DNA of 64,000 nucleotides from Patescibacteria group bacterium. GTDB taxonomy: Bacteria; Patescibacteriota; Patescibacteriia; UBA9934; GWF2-40-263. Below are positions 8,997-17,575 of the stretch, one piece after another (positions within the stretch are counted from its first letter, which is position 1; every line of letters starts with the position of its first letter). The notes beneath the pieces were generated by a model. It did not search any database and had not been told where the DNA came from. It saw only the letters and a list, made by a program, of their open reading frames with translations. The translations under genes were made by a program, and so were the position numbers. The stretch is taken from positions 2,823 through 66,822 of the forward strand of contig JBBTRQ010000001.1 in the NCBI GenBank assembly GCA_038065075.1, written 5' to 3'.

Positions 8997-10868
8997 CTAC
9001 AGTTCCGTCTCCGTGTTATCTGGGAGCGTCTCATCTTCCGCCGCCGCTTCTTGTTCCTCTGTCTGACATGCGCTTGCGGAAGAAATCCCGTTACAGCAGT
9101 AAGGTTGGTCTTCGTCTCTTCCTTCCGTGCAGTTCGATCCCGGGCCGATCGCCGGGTACATGCAGATCTGGTACGCGCTCTTGATCCCCTCGCTCAAGAC
9201 CGGCCAGTAGTCCCAGCCGCCAAGGTCTGTACTTACGAGCGTCGGATGCTCGATCAGTACGGTCGTGCGCTCTTCCACATCGTCATTGGACTTGCGGATC
9301 GCGAACCAAAATTCGTAATACGGATCAGGCCACAGGGACACACTGCTCGTATTCACCGTCGAAGACTTCAGATAGCTGTTGAACGTGACCTCCACGTCGG
9401 CGCTGGTACTGATCTCATCCTCCTCTATCTCGGGGTCGAGACCACCCGTAATAATCTGCGGCACGGTGTCTTCAATCTCGTCGTTGGTCGTGAAGCTCCA
9501 CTCGTAATTATCGTTGTCGCCAGCATCTTCACACTCGATGGTGTCTGACTCAGATCCACAAATGGTTCCCGCGACTTCCGGATCATAATCATTGTCGCCA
9601 TCCAGCGAATTGGCGGCCGCGTCCACGACTCCATCAAACGTGTATCCCGTTGGCTCTGCTTGAGGAATCTCTTCCTCGTTCAATGTTGCCGCTTTGGCCA
9701 TGGCCGAGATGAGCTGGTTGGTCGGGAGACAGTAAATGGTGTCCCCACACGGGTCTTCTCCACACGCGTCGGTCGTCGTGAAACTGATCGTGCGATACGC
9801 ATTGCTGATCTCAAACGTGCCTTCAACGTTGGCGAGTGCCGCATCGAGAACTTCAATGTTCGTGAATAGAGGCTCCTCGCCGATGATGTAGGAACCTGTA
9901 GTCGCAACTGGATCCATGGCCTCGCTGAAATTGATCTCGACGGTCACGTTGCGTGGCTCGTCCGCATCCGCCGCCGGAACAATGCTGGTCACATACGGTG
10001 GTGTCAGGTCGATTTCTGTAGAAACTTCAAACGTCCAGGAGTACCCACTCGCGTACGCACCGGAAAACGCGGCCGTGCCAGATGCCCGCTCAATGTCGGT
10101 TGTGAGCGACACGGTGTAATTTGTGTCTTGTTCGGATGAGCCGAGATACTCGACGGGATCAAAGACGAAAATCTCAAAGCCCTCATCGTGGGTCACGACC
10201 ACCTCATCGGAGGCAAGAGCCGATCCCGGACCCTCATCCGTTGGATAGATAACAACGGAATCGGTATTGAGATCCGTGGAGTCAGGATCCTCATCGTATC
10301 CGGAAATCATGGACGCAGGATTGATCGCCTCCTTGAACGTCACGAAGATTCTGGTGTTGCGAGGGATCTCGGTAGCGTCACGCTCGGGATAGTGGTCGTC
10401 GAGAATACCGCCGCCCAGTGAACCGGAAAGCGGCTCCGAATACGCGTCGGCCACGGCGGCGGACGAGCCGGTGAATGCCGCGTCCAACAGACGGTTCAAA
10501 ATGAACGTGGCGATCGAATAGGCGGAAAAAATGATAATGAGGCCGATGATGGACTGCTGGAAAATCTTCTTAGCTTTCTTGATCGGCTCTGGTTCCCCAC
10601 GAGCCAGCAAGTAGAGAAACCCCGCATAGATGATGACGCAGACAAAGATGATGCCGACCAAGGTCAGAGCCACGCGAATGACGCGCGCGATGATGATGGC
10701 GATCGAATCTTGTGAAAGGGTAGAGGCGTCCGCAAACTGTTCGAAGGAGGTGTCTTGCGCGAGGGCAGGAAACGCCACCGCGAAGAATCCAACAACGCAA
10801 AACGCCACGATCAAAACAATGAGCGCGCGTGCAAAAGGTCTAAATGGGTGCGCGAGAGGTCGATGCAT
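8997..10868 (-). CDS. Pilin-anchored Ig-like (Big_5-type) acidic surface protein
   Basis: Signal peptide (PALA-QD), pilin-like IIYAGFLYLLARGEPEPIKKAKKIFQQSIIG, Ig-like repeats (PRNTRIFVTFKEAI, PRNVTVEINFSEAMD); start could be 10904. Confidence 0.8.
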   Translation of the reverse strand: MHRPLAHPFRPFARALIVLIVAFCVVGFFAVAFPALAQDTSFEQFADASTLSQDSIAIIIARVIRVALTLVGIIFVCVIIYAGFLYLLARGEPEPIKKAKKIFQQSIIGLIIIFSAYSIATFILNRLLDAAFTGSSAAVADAYSEPLSGSLGGGILDDHYPERDATEIPRNTRIFVTFKEAINPASMISGYDEDPDSTDLNTDSVVIYPTDEGPGSALASDEVVVTHDEGFEIFVFDPVEYLGSSEQDTNYTVSLTTDIERASGTAAFSGAYASGYSWTFEVSTEIDLTPPYVTSIVPAADADEPRNVTVEINFSEAMDPVATTGSYIIGEEPLFTNIEVLDAALANVEGTFEISNAYRTISFTTTDACGEDPCGDTIYCLPTNQLISAMAKAATLNEEEIPQAEPTGYTFDGVVDAAANSLDGDNDYDPEVAGTICGSESDTIECEDAGDNDNYEWSFTTNDEIEDTVPQIITGGLDPEIEEDEISTSADVEVTFNSYLKSSTVNTSSVSLWPDPYYEFWFAIRKSNDDVEERTTVLIEHPTLVSTDLGGWDYWPVLSEGIKSAYQICMYPAIGPGSNCTEGRDEDQPYCCNGISSASACQTEEQEAAAEDETLPDNTETEL

Positions 10869-10981
10869 GTTGGGACGCCTGCGCGTGCCTCTATTGTATC
10901 GCATTTCTCTTCAATGGTCGCTCAAAATATGTGGACAAAACAAAAAGAGCGAGCCTTGCGCCCGCTCTTTCTCTTGAATGA

Positions 10982-11734
10982 TTATCCGATCTCCTGCAGA
11001 ACAAGCGTGCTGATGCCAAAGAGGCCGGCAACGATCAGGGTGGCGAAGATGCCGTACGTCATCTTGGTGAGGGCGTCCGTATGCAAGTCATCGCGATTGG
11101 AGGCGATCATGTAAGCAAACCCGCCTTGTAGGATCAACGTAATCGCCGCAACGCCCAGCCAAAGCATAAGCACACGAACGATCCTCAACATAAACTCCGC
11201 GTAGGCAGGACCGCTTGAAAATGTCTCGATAAGCGGAACCGCGGCAAGAGCCTCGTGCGAGAAACTCAGTCCTACAACCACGAGCACGAACCCAGCCAAG
11301 AGCGATCCCACAATGTCCTTCACGCGAGATCCATCCGCGCGCCCGGCGACGGCGGCCATGGCCGCTCCCATCACCTTGCCCATATCGGCCTTGCTGGTCG
11401 CGCCGCTTTTTTCCACGACCTCCTTCACGATCCGCGCAAGCTCTTCGTCGCTCATCTGAGTGGGAAGATACTGTTCCAAGACGCCGATCTCCACCTGGAC
11501 ACTCACAGCCAAATCTTCTCTCCCGCCAGCCTTAAAGGACTCAATGGAATCCTTGAGCTGTTTGACCTGCGTCTTCACCACGTCCTGGACTTCCGCGTCC
11601 GAGAGTTCGTGTTGCACGTCGATCTTTTTATTCTTCATGGCAGAAAGCAACAAACGCAACGTGGAAAGCGTTGCGCTGTCTTTGGCTTTCATGGCAGCCT
11701 TCATGTTTTCTGTAATCTTCTCTGCCAGGGACAT
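10982..11734 (-). CDS. GatB/YqeY domain protein fused to a C-terminal membrane pilin-like domain
   Basis: MKAAMKAKD...LRLLLSAMKNKKID...YLPTQMS...DMGKVMG...GRADG is YqeY; followed by about 100 hydrophobic aa. Confidence 0.85.
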   Translation of the reverse strand: MSLAEKITENMKAAMKAKDSATLSTLRLLLSAMKNKKIDVQHELSDAEVQDVVKTQVKQLKDSIESFKAGGREDLAVSVQVEIGVLEQYLPTQMSDEELARIVKEVVEKSGATSKADMGKVMGAAMAAVAGRADGSRVKDIVGSLLAGFVLVVVGLSFSHEALAAVPLIETFSSGPAYAEFMLRIVRVLMLWLGVAAITLILQGGFAYMIASNRDDLHTDALTKMTYGIFATLIVAGLFGISTLVLQEIG

Positions 11735-11743
11735 AGTCGAGGA

Positions 11744-11992
11744 TTAACGACGAGGGCCGCCCTGTGGACGTACAGTCTCTTCAAGCTGACCCACGCGAAT
11801 GAGATACTCGCGTCGGGCTCGGGCGACGATACGTCGCAGAGCGCTCTTTTTGACCTTCGTCTTATTAGGCTCCTCTACACGGAAACGTGTCTTCCTTACT
11901 TGAAGCATGCTTCCGCTTTGTTGGACGCGTCGAGAGAAGCGTCGGTAGAGGCTTTCAAAACTCTCGCCTTTTTTACGTTTAACGTTCACCAC
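11744..11992 (-). CDS. rpsU: 30S ribosomal protein S21
   Basis: KRKKGESFESLYRRFSRRVQQSG motif; basic; directly upstream of yqeY (conserved synteny). Confidence 0.85.
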   Translation of the reverse strand: MVNVKRKKGESFESLYRRFSRRVQQSGSMLQVRKTRFRVEEPNKTKVKKSALRRIVARARREYLIRVGQLEETVRPQGGPRR

Positions 11993-12022
11993 AGGATTTC
12001 CTTATCTATTATTTGGGAAGAA

Positions 12023-13456
12023 TTAAGCGATTGGATTTTGCGGAATGTTAGGGATTTTGTCAAGTTCTTCGTGCAGAAGCTTGCGCTTTACCAATCCCAC
12101 CACCTTTTTGACATCGACAATTTCCTGAGCCCCTGATTCCATGTCTCGAATGATGATGGTCCCATCAAGCACCTCTTTTTGACCCAAGATGAGGGTGAGT
12201 TCGACACCCATCTTGTTGGCAGCCTCGAGTTGGCCTTTCAGGGCATTCTTTCCAAACGCCTCCGCAACGGGTATGCCAGACTGGCGAAACTCCTCAAACA
12301 GTTTAAGGCCTACGCGTCGTGACGCATCCCCGAGCTGGGCGAAAAACACTTTTGCTGGTGGACGCTCCGGGGGGTTGATCCCCTTTGCTTCAAGCGCGCG
12401 AGCGATGCGCTCGATCCCCAGAGCAAACCCACAGGCGGGCGTAGGTCGGCCGCCAAGAAGTTCAACCAGACCGTCATATCGTCCACCCCCGCCCAAGGCA
12501 CTTTGTGAAAAATCTCCCACGTCTTCTTGAAGCGTGTACTCAAATACGGTGTGCGTGTAGTAGTCGAGTCCGCGAACGAGGTAAGGGTTAAGCTGATAAG
12601 GCACTTCAACCTCTTCGAGGAATTCCAAGACTTTCATGAAGTGTTCCTTACTCTTCTCGTCGAGCCAATCCAGAATCTGCGGCGCGCCCTGCAAGAGTTC
12701 GCGTGTCACTTCTTCTTTACTATCTAGGATGCGCAGAGGGTTCTTCTGCAAGCGACGTTTGTCGTCCTCGGAAAGTTTACTGCGATGTTGACGGAAGTAG
12801 GCCACCAGCTCGGTCAAGTACGCCACACGGCACTCAGACGTACCAATCGAGTTGATCTCGACCTTCACGTCCAGTCCAAGCTGTTTAAAAATCTGGTACC
12901 CGATGACGATAAGCTGGGCGTCCACAATAGACTCGTCCACGCCAAAGCTCTCAAATCCCGCCTGATAAAACTGACGATAGCGTCCAGCTTGCGGGCGATC
13001 GTGACGGAACATGGGTCCTAAGTACCACATCTTTACCGGCTGAGGACGATCGAGCATCCCGTGGCTGATGTAGGCACGCGCGGCACTGGCCGTCGCTTCG
13101 GGACGCAAAGCCACGGAGCGGTTTGAAGGATCGGTAAACACATACATCTCTTTCTCGACGATATCAGTCCCTTTCCCGATCGTGCGCTGGAACAAATCCG
13201 AGCGCTCCAGAATCGGAAGATCGATACGGTCAAAACTGTAGGACTCAGCAATGGACCGAATGGTGTCGCGCACTAAATTCCATCTTCCCTGCTCCTCTGG
13301 AAGGATGTCTCGAAATCCGCGTAAAAGCTCAAACGTCTTCCCGGATTTTCCTTCGCCTTCCTCCTCAACGCCCTCTTTCTTTGGCTCCTCCTTTGGTGGC
13401 GTCATTTTTTTCGAGGCTATCTCCTTTGCTGGAGCTTTTGATTTTTTCGGGAACAT
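12023..13456 (-). CDS. hisS: Histidine--tRNA ligase
   Basis: RGFRD, LRPEATAS, RPQAGRYRQF, LVRGLDYY, GGGRYD motifs; Lys/Glu-rich N-terminal extension. Confidence 0.97.
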   Translation of the reverse strand: MFPKKSKAPAKEIASKKMTPPKEEPKKEGVEEEGEGKSGKTFELLRGFRDILPEEQGRWNLVRDTIRSIAESYSFDRIDLPILERSDLFQRTIGKGTDIVEKEMYVFTDPSNRSVALRPEATASAARAYISHGMLDRPQPVKMWYLGPMFRHDRPQAGRYRQFYQAGFESFGVDESIVDAQLIVIGYQIFKQLGLDVKVEINSIGTSECRVAYLTELVAYFRQHRSKLSEDDKRRLQKNPLRILDSKEEVTRELLQGAPQILDWLDEKSKEHFMKVLEFLEEVEVPYQLNPYLVRGLDYYTHTVFEYTLQEDVGDFSQSALGGGGRYDGLVELLGGRPTPACGFALGIERIARALEAKGINPPERPPAKVFFAQLGDASRRVGLKLFEEFRQSGIPVAEAFGKNALKGQLEAANKMGVELTLILGQKEVLDGTIIIRDMESGAQEIVDVKKVVGLVKRKLLHEELDKIPNIPQNPIA

Positions 13457-13465
13457 ATGTTTCTT

Positions 13466-13524
13466 GGTAGCCCCAGGCTTTAGCCTGGGTGCAGCCGCAG
13501 CCCAGGCTAAAGCCTGGGACTACC
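13466..13524. repeat. Inverted pair of GTAG REP-like palindromes (REPIN-like)
   Basis: GGTAGCCCCAGGCTTTAGCCTGGG...CCCAGGCTAAAGCCTGGGACTACC; a degenerate copy of the spacer follows at about 13529-13556. Confidence 0.8.
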
Positions 13525-13552
13525 TCATCGGGTGCAGTCGCAACCCGGTTGA

Positions 13553-14158
13553 CTACAAATTATAACTGGGAAGATCGAACGTGCCGATGCGAGAGAACGG
13601 AAGGCCGCGAACCCAGACGCGTCCGATGACGTCATCGCGGGTGATGGCGCCGAAACTGCGGGAGTCCAGGCTGGAGTCGCGGTTGTCACCAAACATGTAG
13701 TACTCATTATCCCCGAGGGTCACCCGAACCTTGCCGGTCGTCGACTCCTCTAGGTATGCCTCTTCGAGCACCAAACCGTTTGGATGCTCTGTGTTATAGA
13801 CCATGACGTTCCCGCCGGTCACTTCTATCGTCTCGCCAGGGAGTCCCACCACACGCTTGATGAAATACTGGCTGCGATCGCGTGGATATTTGAAGACGAC
13901 GATCTCTCCACGAAATGGATTACGGAAACGATAGGTGAGCTCGTCGATGATGAGATACTCTTGATCGTAGAAATTTGGTTCCATGCTTGCCCCTTTAACG
14001 TAGAACGGCTGGATGAGGAAGTATCGGATGGGAATGATGATGGCGCTGGAGATGATCACGATCTGGACGATCTCGAACAAAAAGGACAGCACAGCGCCCC
14101 CCACAGGCCCAAACCGATCGTAGAGTTTATCTTCAAAAGCCGAAAAACGTGAGGACAT
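13553..14158 (-). CDS. lepB: Signal peptidase I
   Basis: GASMEP (catalytic Ser), FIKRVVGLPGE (Lys), GDNRDSSLDSR. Confidence 0.96.
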   Translation of the reverse strand: MSSRFSAFEDKLYDRFGPVGGAVLSFLFEIVQIVIISSAIIIPIRYFLIQPFYVKGASMEPNFYDQEYLIIDELTYRFRNPFRGEIVVFKYPRDRSQYFIKRVVGLPGETIEVTGGNVMVYNTEHPNGLVLEEAYLEESTTGKVRVTLGDNEYYMFGDNRDSSLDSRSFGAITRDDVIGRVWVRGLPFSRIGTFDLPSYNL

Positions 14159-14255
14159 AAAGATGTGTACAGCGTATCAAGAAAATCAGACCGGGGCAAT
14201 AGATCACCACGAAAAAACAAAACGGATGCTTAGTCCGTTTTGATCTTGCGAATAT

Positions 14256-14546
14256 CTATTTATTTATCCACTCAAGCATTCGATTGAGTGCCGACTTGGG
14301 AGCCAGTTGCAAATACCCTTGCGGAAGATTATAGCCAGGTACTGTGTAACCTGGTGGTGATGTATAGCCGCCCGGGGTGGTGTATCCAGGTGTTCCATAA
14401 CCGGGAACGAGGCTTCCACCAAACAAACTTCCACCTGAGCGGTTCTTGAGTGAAACAGCTCCCGCGGCTGCCGCGGCCGCTAAGACAACCACCAGACCAA
14501 CGGCTACGGCCGTCCGTGTCGAACTAGTTACCTGCGTCTTCGTCAT
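14256..14546 (-). CDS. Small membrane-anchored protein with PGY repeats
   Basis: N-terminal hydrophobic helix, then VPGYGTPGYTTPGGYTSPPGYTVPGYNLPQGY. Confidence 0.65.
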   Translation of the reverse strand: MTKTQVTSSTRTAVAVGLVVVLAAAAAAGAVSLKNRSGGSLFGGSLVPGYGTPGYTTPGGYTSPPGYTVPGYNLPQGYLQLAPKSALNRMLEWINK

Positions 14547-16614
14547 AGATATCAAATGAAGTGAATTCATAAATGGTCATGCCCTCCTGATTCAATAGAC
14601 GATCAGCTCCTTCCTCCAGCTCCGCAAGAAGCTCCGGCGTCCACGCCCAATAGGCTGGCGCGGCAAAGTAGATGCGACGAACACCTGTCTCTTGAGCCAT
14701 TCGCAAGTAGGCTTCCTGAGAGGGCCCTTCATAGATCGTCGAGGTGTAGAGCCCGTAGAGTGATCCCCCTGTAGGGATAGCATACCAGAGAATCTCTTGA
14801 CCTTCATACCGATAGGTGTGGGCAAAACCAAACTCCTGAATAGCCGCCGCGCTCATGAGTTGGTGAGAAAGCACCAGATAAGGTTCGCCCTGACTCGCTT
14901 CCTCAATCAAATGGACTCCTTCGACATCGACAGCACTAACACCTGGAGAGAAGAACGGATACTTCAGGTTGTACTGCGGATAGGAAAAAAACCAAACGAC
15001 CACGACCAGAAGCGCCAGGAGAAACACCCTCCCAAACTCGAATCGGTGCAGACGTGCGAACACAACGACAAGGGGTGGAAGTGCAAACGTATAAAGAGCC
15101 TGCAGGAGACGAAGAGCGAACTCGAGCTGTTCATGCTGGATGATCCCTTCAAACGTGAACAGCGTCGACGCTCCCCAAATCGTCAGGAGGAGTCCAAGGG
15201 AAAACGTCAGGTGCCCTCGTGCGTTCGCGCGAACCGACGTACATGCGCATACAACGACCAACGATGTGAGGAACACCACGATGGGCAACCAATATCGGAA
15301 GTCATACAGGAAATCGAGTGCCCAGGGAATATACGGATACGGACCCCAGTAGGGACTCGCGAACAATCGGAAGAAGTCTGGAAGTTTTGTGACGAGCAGA
15401 CGGAGGCTACCACCGAGGTTCGTGTGCGATGCAATGGCTAGCATCGCGGGAACGGTGAGACCGACGAGCAGGACAGCGGCGGCGATGAACGCTATCCTCG
15501 CCAAAAAACTCTGCCGACCGACCACGAGGCGCTCGAAGAACAAAAAGACGAGAAGCGGCACAGCCAAGAGCGGATGGAACAGGACAGCGGCGACGAGTGC
15601 GAGCATGACCGACGCAAAACAAACTCGTGGTGCGCGAGCAACCCACGGATATGCCACCATAAAACCCAGGAATAGAACATACGTGACCGTGAACGGAACG
15701 GTGAATGTCGCCAGCATGAAGGGAATCGCAAGGATCCCGATCCACCACATGCGGGCCTGGCGTCGTGTAAGTCCCCACCCATGCTCGAACCCAAGGGTAG
15801 CCATGATTGGCAACCAAAGGCTCTCCACAACCGGCACGAGCCAGATGTCGATGAGCTTCACACTCAAGCCAGTCAGATGATGCAACGCGGCGACGATGAC
15901 GTACTGGCCGCTGTAGAGGAGTCGAACGGGCTCGACGACTCCTGTCTGCACGAGTGCCTCCTCAGCCGCGCGGTGCAGGAAGGGATCAAAGCCAAAGCCG
16001 ATGGCATACACGATCGCGGAAACGCTCAATGCGCTGAATGTCACAAACATCCATCCAATGAGCGGAACATCATCATCCCGCTCGCGTGCCGCAAGGATAG
16101 CCGAAACGATCGCGACGAACAGCAGAACAAAAGGCTCAGGACCAAACAGATTCCACGGGCTCACCAGAGGGATGTCTGTGCGCGCCAAGACCATGAGGCT
16201 AATGAGTAGCAGGCTTGCCAGAAGGCTGATGGCGCTGAAGAGCCAGGGTTGATTGCGTTCAATGCTCGGACACGGAAAAAAGCACATAACCCGACCTGAC
16301 CCCACGAGCAAACATCCGATGGTCACGAGCCAGAGGGTGAGCAGAATCATCCTCTCGTCCAAACGACCAACCGAGAGGTAAAGCCCGACCAAAAAAATCG
16401 TCGAGGTACCAAACACGGCCAGGGAACCAACAACAAGGCGCTCCCAAACATCCCTCCCAAAAACGGCCACGCGGCCAATCAAGACGACAACGCAACCAAA
16501 AAAGAGGAGGCTTCCAACCACCCCTATCCACCACATTCCAACACCCACGTTCATGCTCAAAATCACGCTGGCAACCAAAAGCACGATCCGTGGAGGATCC
16601 CAACGCATACTCAC
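14524..16614 (-). CDS. Multi-pass membrane protein, putative GT-C fold glycosyltransferase
   Basis: Many TM helices, GFGFDPFLH (DPxxH) loop, soluble C-terminal domain. Confidence 0.6.
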   Translation of the reverse strand: MSMRWDPPRIVLLVASVILSMNVGVGMWWIGVVGSLLFFGCVVVLIGRVAVFGRDVWERLVVGSLAVFGTSTIFLVGLYLSVGRLDERMILLTLWLVTIGCLLVGSGRVMCFFPCPSIERNQPWLFSAISLLASLLLISLMVLARTDIPLVSPWNLFGPEPFVLLFVAIVSAILAARERDDDVPLIGWMFVTFSALSVSAIVYAIGFGFDPFLHRAAEEALVQTGVVEPVRLLYSGQYVIVAALHHLTGLSVKLIDIWLVPVVESLWLPIMATLGFEHGWGLTRRQARMWWIGILAIPFMLATFTVPFTVTYVLFLGFMVAYPWVARAPRVCFASVMLALVAAVLFHPLLAVPLLVFLFFERLVVGRQSFLARIAFIAAAVLLVGLTVPAMLAIASHTNLGGSLRLLVTKLPDFFRLFASPYWGPYPYIPWALDFLYDFRYWLPIVVFLTSLVVVCACTSVRANARGHLTFSLGLLLTIWGASTLFTFEGIIQHEQLEFALRLLQALYTFALPPLVVVFARLHRFEFGRVFLLALLVVVVWFFSYPQYNLKYPFFSPGVSAVDVEGVHLIEEASQGEPYLVLSHQLMSAAAIQEFGFAHTYRYEGQEILWYAIPTGGSLYGLYTSTIYEGPSQEAYLRMAQETGVRRIYFAAPAYWAWTPELLAELEEGADRLLNQEGMTIYEFTSFDIYDEDAGN

Positions 16615-17570
16615 GACTGTTTATCCCCCACCCAATCGTCAACAACCTCCTGAATGTCTCTGGCGGTCACACAGTCCTCGCATGTCTTAGCCGCGGCGTG
16701 CACGAGTCCTAGCGGGACACCGTGCCCGCGTCGTGAAAATTCAATCGCCACCTTGGCAGACGCCTCATCCATTACATCGATTGCCTTATCCGGAAGGAAT
16801 CGATTTTTGATTCGTTCATTCGAAAGCCGCACCGCTTCTTCAAGTGCTTCATCTTCAATCTTCACCTTATGGAACGTCTCATAGGCTGGGCGAATATGCT
16901 TGAGCATAGCCAACGCTTCCTGCGGGGTCGGTTCATCAACCGTCACGGGCTGGAATCGACGATCGAGCGGTTGGTCTTTTTGAATTGTACGCTCGTACTC
17001 CGCCCAGGTTGTCGCACCAATAACTTGAACCTCCCCACGAGCCAGCACAGGCTTGAAAACATCAGACACGTTGAGCGATCCCTCGGCACCCGAAAGCTGA
17101 TCGAGCATATGCACTTCGTCGATGAACAAGATCGCGCGACCTTGCATGCCTTGAAGTTCTGCTAACATCCGACGAAGCCGCGACTCCATCTCACCGCGAT
17201 ACTTGGTATCAGAAACAATCGAAGTCAAATCCAATGAGAGCAGCTGCTTATCCTTGAGTCCCTCGGGAACATCCCCGCTTGCTATACGACCGGCGAGCCC
17301 TTCGACAATGGCGGACTTCCCAACACCGGGCTGTCCGATAAGCAAAGGATTGTTCTTGGTTTTGCGCATGAGGATGTGGATCATGCGTTCAATCTCTTCC
17401 TCACGGCCAAAGAACAACTCCAGCTTATGCTCGCGAGCGAGCTGAGTAAGATCCTTTGAAAACGATCCAAACGAAGCTGGCTTTTTGGACGAAGGCCGGC
17501 GAAAGAAGACGAAGAATCCTCCCGCCGCAACCAAGATGAGAACCAGAACAAACAAGAGAGAGTCAGACAT
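16611..17570 (-). CDS. Membrane-anchored Clp/Hsp100 AAA+ protein (NBD1 only)
   Basis: GREEEI, KNNPLLIGQPGVGKS, LFIDEVH, GATT, RRFQ, RFLPDKAID; N-terminal TM helix; no second NBD. Confidence 0.88.
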   Translation of the reverse strand: MSDSLLFVLVLILVAAGGFFVFFRRPSSKKPASFGSFSKDLTQLAREHKLELFFGREEEIERMIHILMRKTKNNPLLIGQPGVGKSAIVEGLAGRIASGDVPEGLKDKQLLSLDLTSIVSDTKYRGEMESRLRRMLAELQGMQGRAILFIDEVHMLDQLSGAEGSLNVSDVFKPVLARGEVQVIGATTWAEYERTIQKDQPLDRRFQPVTVDEPTPQEALAMLKHIRPAYETFHKVKIEDEALEEAVRLSNERIKNRFLPDKAIDVMDEASAKVAIEFSRRGHGVPLGLVHAAAKTCEDCVTARDIQEVVDDWVGDKQS

Positions 17571-17575
17571 ATGAA

